64,000 nucleotides of DNA from Vitrella brassicaformis CCMP3155 (taxonomy: Eukaryota; Protista; Chromerida). The first letter of the stretch is position 1. Every line of letters begins with the position of its first letter. The translations under genes were made by a program, and so were the position numbers. The notes under the pieces were generated by a model that saw only the letters and a list, made by a program, of their open reading frames with translations, had not been told where the DNA came from and searched no databases. The stretch spans positions 1 to 64,000 of the forward strand of contig CDMY01000466.1 in NCBI GenBank assembly GCA_001179505.1, written 5' to 3'. This document shows positions 58,189 to 64,000 of this stretch, piece after piece.

Positions 58189-59470
58189 GTCAAGAGGTCA
58201 GCCAGCACACAGGGGAAGTCGCTGCATCGGACACATCTCTGTATGTCCTTCCCCCCTGGCTCGTGTGTGCAGTTGATTTGGTGTCTGCGTTGGAGGAAGG
58301 CATCCTCACCTGGTCACGATCGCCGCAGCCGCCGCGGCCACACCCACATCAACCATACCCAAGTGACACACATCGATATGTCGACCGGCATCCCTTCACC
58401 CACACCCACTCCCACCCGCAGCAGCACCAGCAGCAGTACCAGCAGCAGCACCAGCAGCAGCAGCGGCTGAACCAGCATGTGTATCAGCAGGGGATATACG
58501 CGGGGGGCCCTCCCCGGCTGCCATCAGTGGAGGAGTTGGCGCCCGACCATCGCCGCATGGAGGCCAATGTCAACATCACCAGCTCGCCTGACGTCTACCC
58601 ACACAGCGGACCGGGGTCCCCACACCCAGACGACGACATAGATGGGTGGGGGAGGGAGCTGGGGAGAAAGCCCACACACATAGATATCTGTCTGTCTGTC
58701 TCCATCTGTCCCTCTGTGTGTGATGTTTGTTGTGTGTGTGTGTGTCAGATATGGCGTCAATGTGAATGTGACTGACCACGTGGTGTCGTCCCTGCCCCTC
58801 CCCTACACCTTCCACCCCGACCCGCCCCCACCACCCAAAGTGGACCGCAACCGAGCTCACCTCCGACACAATATGCAGCCGCCCCCGCCAGTCCCGTTTG
58901 CACACCAGGCGGCAGCCATGCACATGCATCAGCAGCAACAGTACCACCACCAGCACCAGCAGCAGCGGGAGCAGCGCGGAAGCATCGAGCACTTTGGTGG
59001 GCCGTTGATCAGCCCGGTGCGGTACGATGCTGGCGCGGGGATGGGTGTGGGTATGGGTGTGTGTATGGGTGGGTCGTCGGCAGCTGCCGCCGCAGTGGAT
59101 CACGAGACGTATCGTGTGGTGGGTATGAGCAGTGAGGGCGGGAGGGGTGGCGTCATGAGCCCCAGCAACGACCAGCAGCTGGCCGCCATGTCATTCGCAT
59201 CCAACTACGTACCAAGTATGGGGGCGAAAAGGAGACATCCACAATATGCACACAACACTCACACCAAACCCATCCTCTGTGTGCTGTATCGTTCTGTCAG
59301 CCCCGCCAGCGCATGTAGCGATAGACATCCATCCGCCAGAGGTGTCGCGGCCCCACCCCACCCTCCCACCGCCATTCGACCAGGGGGTGGCCCCGTATGC
59401 ACAGTACAGCCGGGGGAATGGGCAGGGGCAGCGGCCGAAGGGGCGGGCCGACGAGGGCGGCTTGCACTGA
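53995..59470 (+). CDS. Large intrinsically disordered Pro/Gln/Gly-rich protein with multiple TQT-type LC8 (DYNLL) binding motifs
   Basis: An 846-codon ORF (54195-56735) is followed by further low-complexity exons, ending ...GRADEGGLH*. Motifs include SSTQT, KNTQT, METQT, KETQT, VETQT, ATNTD twice and ESQT. The first exon junction is unresolved. Confidence 0.62.
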
Positions 59471-59976
59471 CTGACCAAGGTAGCGTAGCAGAGAGAGATG
59501 CAGTGCATGGATGGATGGATGGATGTGGGTGGATGGACGACCGGCATTTTCTGAATGGATGGATGGACAAGGGTAGAGAGGTCGGATTGGATGCTGCTGA
59601 TTGACGGTGCCTGGCTGCTCATGGTGCTATCGCTATCGCTGTTCGAGTGGACACACACATGTCGCTCGTGTCGGTCGGTCGGTCGGTCAGTTGGTCGGTC
59701 TGGTCGATATCTGCTGGCGATGGATAGACAAACAGACAGATAGATAAGGAAAGACGGGACGAACAAAGCTCTCACTGGCTGAACGGATCTCCCACCAGCC
59801 GGCCACCGAGAAAACCCAACACTGGTCATTATGTACAGCACCAAAAATTGTGCCTGCCTTGTTGCCCTCTCTCCCTCTGTCTCTTCCTATCGACACACAC
59901 CCAGACTCAATAACCCATTGACCCATCGACCCATGCCATCCTCTCTTCGTCTCTTCTTGTATCTTCTCGGCTGGCC

Positions 59977-61733
59977 TCATATAGAGTTGGCGAGTGTCAT
60001 GTCTTGTTTGCGCCGCAGGTATCTCCTGCGGCCCTCCAAATACAGCATGAACTGGATGGAGAAGAAGGAAAGGAAATCAAGGACACGGACGACGATGTCG
60101 AGGAGCTGGTACATACCTCCTCGTAGTCGCGGGGCACTATCGTGGGCGGTGGGGCATCCACCTGCACACACACAGACATGCACAGCCGCACACATGAACC
60201 GCTTTCTGCCGCCACTGCTGTGTTGGCGCTTGTGTGTCTGACCGGTTCATAGTGGAAATGGAAGACGTTGGATCGGTCGCGGACACCTGTGGTGGGGTCC
60301 ACCTGATACGCATCCACCTGCACACATGATCCAATCGCACACGCAGATGGCGATCGGATGTTTTGCGACTCTCTCGTGTGCCGTTGTGTGTGTGTGTACC
60401 TACCTGCACTTGCATCTCGTCTGGTGCTGTGAAGATGGAGCGTGCGACGTACTGCACCATGGCACCCACCTCCACTGGCTTGAGGAAGAAAATGTTGTCC
60501 ACACCTGCACAATCCACACACATAACGTGCTTCCTTGTCCCTGCAGCTCGAGTCATGTGCCGACTGACTGACTGACCTCTGAAGATGATATCCCGGGACT
60601 TCATGAGGCACTGCACCGTCAGCCAGCTCAGCTCAAAGGCCAGCCGAGCGATGTAGCCGCCGAACATCTTGCAGTGCACATTCCGGTGCGTCGGCTGCAT
60701 CAGCAGTGTGGACTCCAGCCTTGTGGACGCCATCGCCACACCCCTCCTCAAATCGCCCCAGAACACGGGATCCGCCAGCATGGTGTCGCCGGCGTCGCTC
60801 TTGATCTGTTCGAATGAGATGGAGTTTTGCCAGAGTGCGTGGAGGATCTCCATCTCCTCTGGCCGGGGGGGCGATCGCATAAGGGTCTGCCGGCTCAGCC
60901 GCTTCCTATGTGCGTTGCGCTGCTCGGCTTCCAGGCAGCTGGCCTGCTCGCAGCTCAGAGGGGGCAGCTGGGTGGGCTTGGCAGTCTTGGCGTCCAGCGC
61001 CACAAAGACAAACATCGCACGCCCCACATAGTCGTCTTCCTGCATCCAGAGAACTCTGTGTGTGTGTGTGATCCTTTCTCTGTCGAGATCTCTCACTGGT
61101 CTCACCTCGTAGATGTGTCCGGAGACCTCGAGTGAGGTCTTGCCCACGTGTGTGACGTATGAGGTCAGCCGGAGGTCCGCGTGGATGCTGGGGTCGCGGG
61201 CCAGGTAGAAGCTGTCGATGCACGCAGTCACTATCGATATCGGTGTGTCCTCCCTGTAGCCACCCAACGCGTGACGATACGCAGAGTCGGCCGCTATGGT
61301 GTCCAAAGTCTGCACAACACACAAGACAACACACACAGAAGCATTGCAGCACCCTGACACCCCATGCAGTGTGACTGACCTCAAACATGCGCCCGTATCT
61401 GATGGCCTCCTTGTCTGCCCTGATGTACTCTTCTCTCAAAGCCGCGTTGGTCTTGAACGGGTAGATGACTTCGAGCCACGATGAGTAGACGCTCTTGCCC
61501 TCTGCACCTCCAGCCTCCTCGCTTGGCGGTGCATATGAAACCACAAAGCCCTCGACTGAATCAGAGCGGATGACCGTCTCGCGGGTGAGGGGAATGACCG
61601 CCTGGATTGTGCTTTTGTCGGTGGTTGTGAGTGCGTTGGCTGGCCGAGGGACAGGCGGAGCGTGGGAGCTCGAGTAGCATCGCGAAGCGATACGGCACAG
61701 CCGGTGCGTTGTGGGCAGCAGACGTCCATACAT
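59977..61733 (-). CDS. ACOT9: Acyl-CoA thioesterase 9-like double-hotdog protein, probably mitochondrial
   Basis: Presequence MYGRLLPTTHRLCRIASRCYSS. Conserved LREEY..IRYGRMFE|TLDTIA, IVTACID, VTHVGKTSLEV, HRNVHCKMFGGYIARLAFELSW, FLKPVEVG, SNVFHFHY, and C-terminal MLYLEGRRRY. Confidence 0.9.
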
Positions 61734-61858
61734 TGTCGATGAAAATCCGGTCTGCAAGCCAAGCTCGCATGTGTTAGGACATTTCGTGAAACCGGTCTCT
61801 CTCTGCAAGGGAACTTAGGAAGCTGAGGCGAAGAGGCGATCAGTCAAGAAGCAGCAGA

Positions 61859-64000
61859 ATGGCGGCATCTTCGGCATCTCAGCAGCAGCAGTCCATCACT
61901 GTCAAGTTCGAGGCTCAGGATGGCACCAGCGGGCCCCTCGTCATCTCTCGGCAAGTCGCACAGCAGTTCGGTTTCTTCAATGCGGTGCGAACACACGTGC
62001 ATGCAGGCTGGCGTGCGGAACACATGACATCGTTCTGTCCGGCAGATGCTTCGTGGCGAGTTCAGTGAGTCGAGTGAGCGGTCGGTGGTCCTGCGAGAGG
62101 TCTCCCGTGACGTGGCAGCGGTGGTGCTTCGGACGCCGAATGACATTGTCAGAGATCTGACACAGGAGGTGAGCAGCAGAATGATTCACTGCTGTCACTC
62201 ACGTCTGCGTGTGTGTGGCGCGGCGTGGTGATCGATCAGAACTTCATTGCCTGCTTAGAGGCCGTTGATTTCCTTCAGTACGAGAAGCCACGGAGCATCC
62301 TCAAAGCCATCAAACCAAAGGTAGCCACGGAAATGGGAATCCATTCGTTCACCGACTCTCATCATCTGTTGTTCAGGTGGTCCGCAATAGGTGGCTGTCC
62401 GACAATGACATCGCCAGTGCGCTGCTCAAGGCGTCCTTCCGGCGACCTCTCATCAGGTTCGTTCACTCGTAGGCATCTTGGTGTGTTGCCTGACCACGCG
62501 TGTGTGGGTGTGGGTGTGGGTGTGTATTCAGGCGTTTCATCTCCGAGCATGACGAGGTGCTGTCGGCATGTGGGCCCTTCGTCCTGCAGAGTGCAGGAGA
62601 AGTCGCGGCGGTGTGGGACAACGCACCACCATCCACATCCCAAGACGACGGCACGGACAACATTGAGGATGGTGACGGTGATGGGAAGCCCACTGCGGCC
62701 AGCAGTGCACCACTCGAGTATGTCATGTCACTGCTGAATCGCCTGTTGCGTTCGTTGGAGGCTGGCACCTATGACGTCTCGCTGTCGAGCCTCAAGCGCT
62801 TCGCCACTGACGCGACGCGGTCGGGAAGCTTCCCTGAGGCGGCTGCCGATATCTTCGAGTGCACCAAGTAAGGGGCAAGCAAGCCGCCTTGCATGCTGCA
62901 TTCATGTGTGGAGTGGATGCATGTGTGTTATGTATGGCTGTGGACATTTGCAGGTTGTCTGAGGAGAAGGCCGTGGAGATCACGTCACCCGGGGAGGGCA
63001 AAGGCGACAAGACAGATGACGGCCGATACGTCGCCGTTCTGCACGGCAGCGAGAGAGAGTGTGACGCCAAGCTCGAGTTCGACATCCGCAGCGGGCCCTA
63101 CGATGAAGAAAGTAGCAGTGAGGACATGAAGTTGGCCGGCGTCAGAACATTCGACATCACTGCCGACTACTGCGGGCAGGCCAACGAGCGGTCAGTGATG
63201 ACTGTGAGATGACTGAGGTTGTCGTCGAGCTCCTGCTATTCTCTGTCTCGTGTGCAGGACGGTCTTCTGCTATTCGTTTCGTGCGGACATCTCCATCGAC
63301 ACCGACAAGGAGCCCATCAAGATCGAGAAGAAGGAGTTTGATTTCTCTCAAGGATTGGCAAACATGCCAGTGTTTGTCATCGGCCTCCTTTGGACACAGC
63401 CTATCACCAACGTGCTCGTCATCCCATTCAAGGACAGCGAGGCCTTTGAGGGCAAGGACACCACTGTGGCGTCTGTCAAGGCGTCTGTGACGATCCGCCA
63501 CTATCCGATGAGGTGCCTGGTGCTCCACTGCCTGCGCCTGATGATCCGCGAGGGCCAGTGGGCAGACATGCAAGGCGTCGGCGCCGCCATCACACGACAG
63601 GTGCGCAACGTGCAAACAACACATGGCGCCGTCCGGTCTTCATGTGTGTGGCTGTGTGTGTCTGCAGGTAGCTGAGCAAATGGCTGTGTATCTGGCCAGA
63701 ATGACGGCAGACGGCGTGTCCCCGCTGCGTGTGCTGACGTCATGGATGAGCGGCTGGGGCAGCGAGCAGCACTTGGACGAGTGGACCCGCAGTGAGGTGT
63801 CGTACGCCGCCCTGTCCACCGCCGTGATGGAGACCCACATCCGAGACCTGGCGCCCTTCATCCGAGTGTTCGGCCAGCTGATCGCCGACAAAGGCGGCCG
63901 GGACGATTCGGTGGACAAGATAGTTTTGAGGTTGCAGGACGAACCCGACACCCTGCGCACATTCATCGAGTCCATGTTTGATGATGGGGCATCGGGAGGG
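61859..64000 (+). CDS. BTB/POZ-domain family protein, copy C (3'-partial, runs off the window)
   Basis: ITVKFEAQDGTSGPLVISRQVAQQFGFFNA|MLRGEFSESSERSVVLREVS. Shares RTVFCYS..IDTDKEPIK and IRHYPMRCLVLHCLRLMIREGQWAD with copies A and B. Confidence 0.75.

Larger units (their letters stand above)
552..63668. repeat. Pervasive intronic microsatellites: (CA)n/(TG)n, (GGAT)n, (GTCT)n, (AGTC)n, (CACAC)n
   Basis: Seen in most introns and 3' flanks. They generate the many spurious VCVCVC/HTHTHT ORFs in the six-frame track. Confidence 0.95.

Noticed and set aside
136-64000. Hundreds of ORFs rich in VCVCVC, HTHTHT, SVSQS or MDGWMDG
   Set aside because: These are translations of intronic (TG)n/(CA)n/(AGTC)n/(GGAT)n microsatellites or antisense frames of real exons, not proteins.
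1-64000. rRNA, tRNA, CRISPR arrays and prokaryotic operon or defence-island structure
   Set aside because: No cloverleaf, rRNA-like segment or repeat-spacer array was seen, and the genes are spliced eukaryotic genes.

Overview
This is eukaryotic nuclear DNA, not prokaryotic. It is GC-rich and very intron-dense, with short GT-AG introns full of (CA)n/(TG)n, (GGAT)n and (GTCT)n microsatellites. Several genes have bipartite leaders (signal peptide, then Phe, then a basic transit peptide), which points to a photosynthetic alveolate with a complex plastid, most likely a Vitrella-like chromerid (inference). I reconstructed about 22 spliced gene models by hand. Well-supported calls: gamma-COP, a Cid1/TUTase-family nucleotidyltransferase, an ACOT9-like thioesterase, an AIG2-like gamma-glutamylcyclotransferase, a germin/spherulin-like cupin fused to an EGF domain, a PDI-like thioredoxin with a CxxS site and a B-box protein. 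There are three paralog sets: two helical-repeat/RING E3 genes, three BTB genes and a tandem pair of plastid-targeted membrane proteins. A non-LTR reverse-transcriptase remnant lies at the left edge, and a 300-N gap sits in a TUTase intron. I saw no rRNA, tRNA or CRISPR array. Most interesting signals: (1) a 64-nt element repeated just upstream of in-frame AUGs of two unrelated, probably organelle-targeted genes, whose hairpin is preserved by compensatory and wobble changes; (2) a PHD-PINIT (SIZ/PIAS-like) protein in which the SP-RING is replaced by a C3HC4 RING plus ankyrin repeats; (3) introns with 5' CA-rich and 3' TG-rich arms that are complementary even at repeat interruptions; (4) ubiquitin-ligase paralogs with hypervariable putative sensor regions and near-identical effector modules; (5) a disordered protein with many LC8-type TQT motifs. 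All exon boundaries and identity values are manual, by-eye estimates and need computational confirmation.
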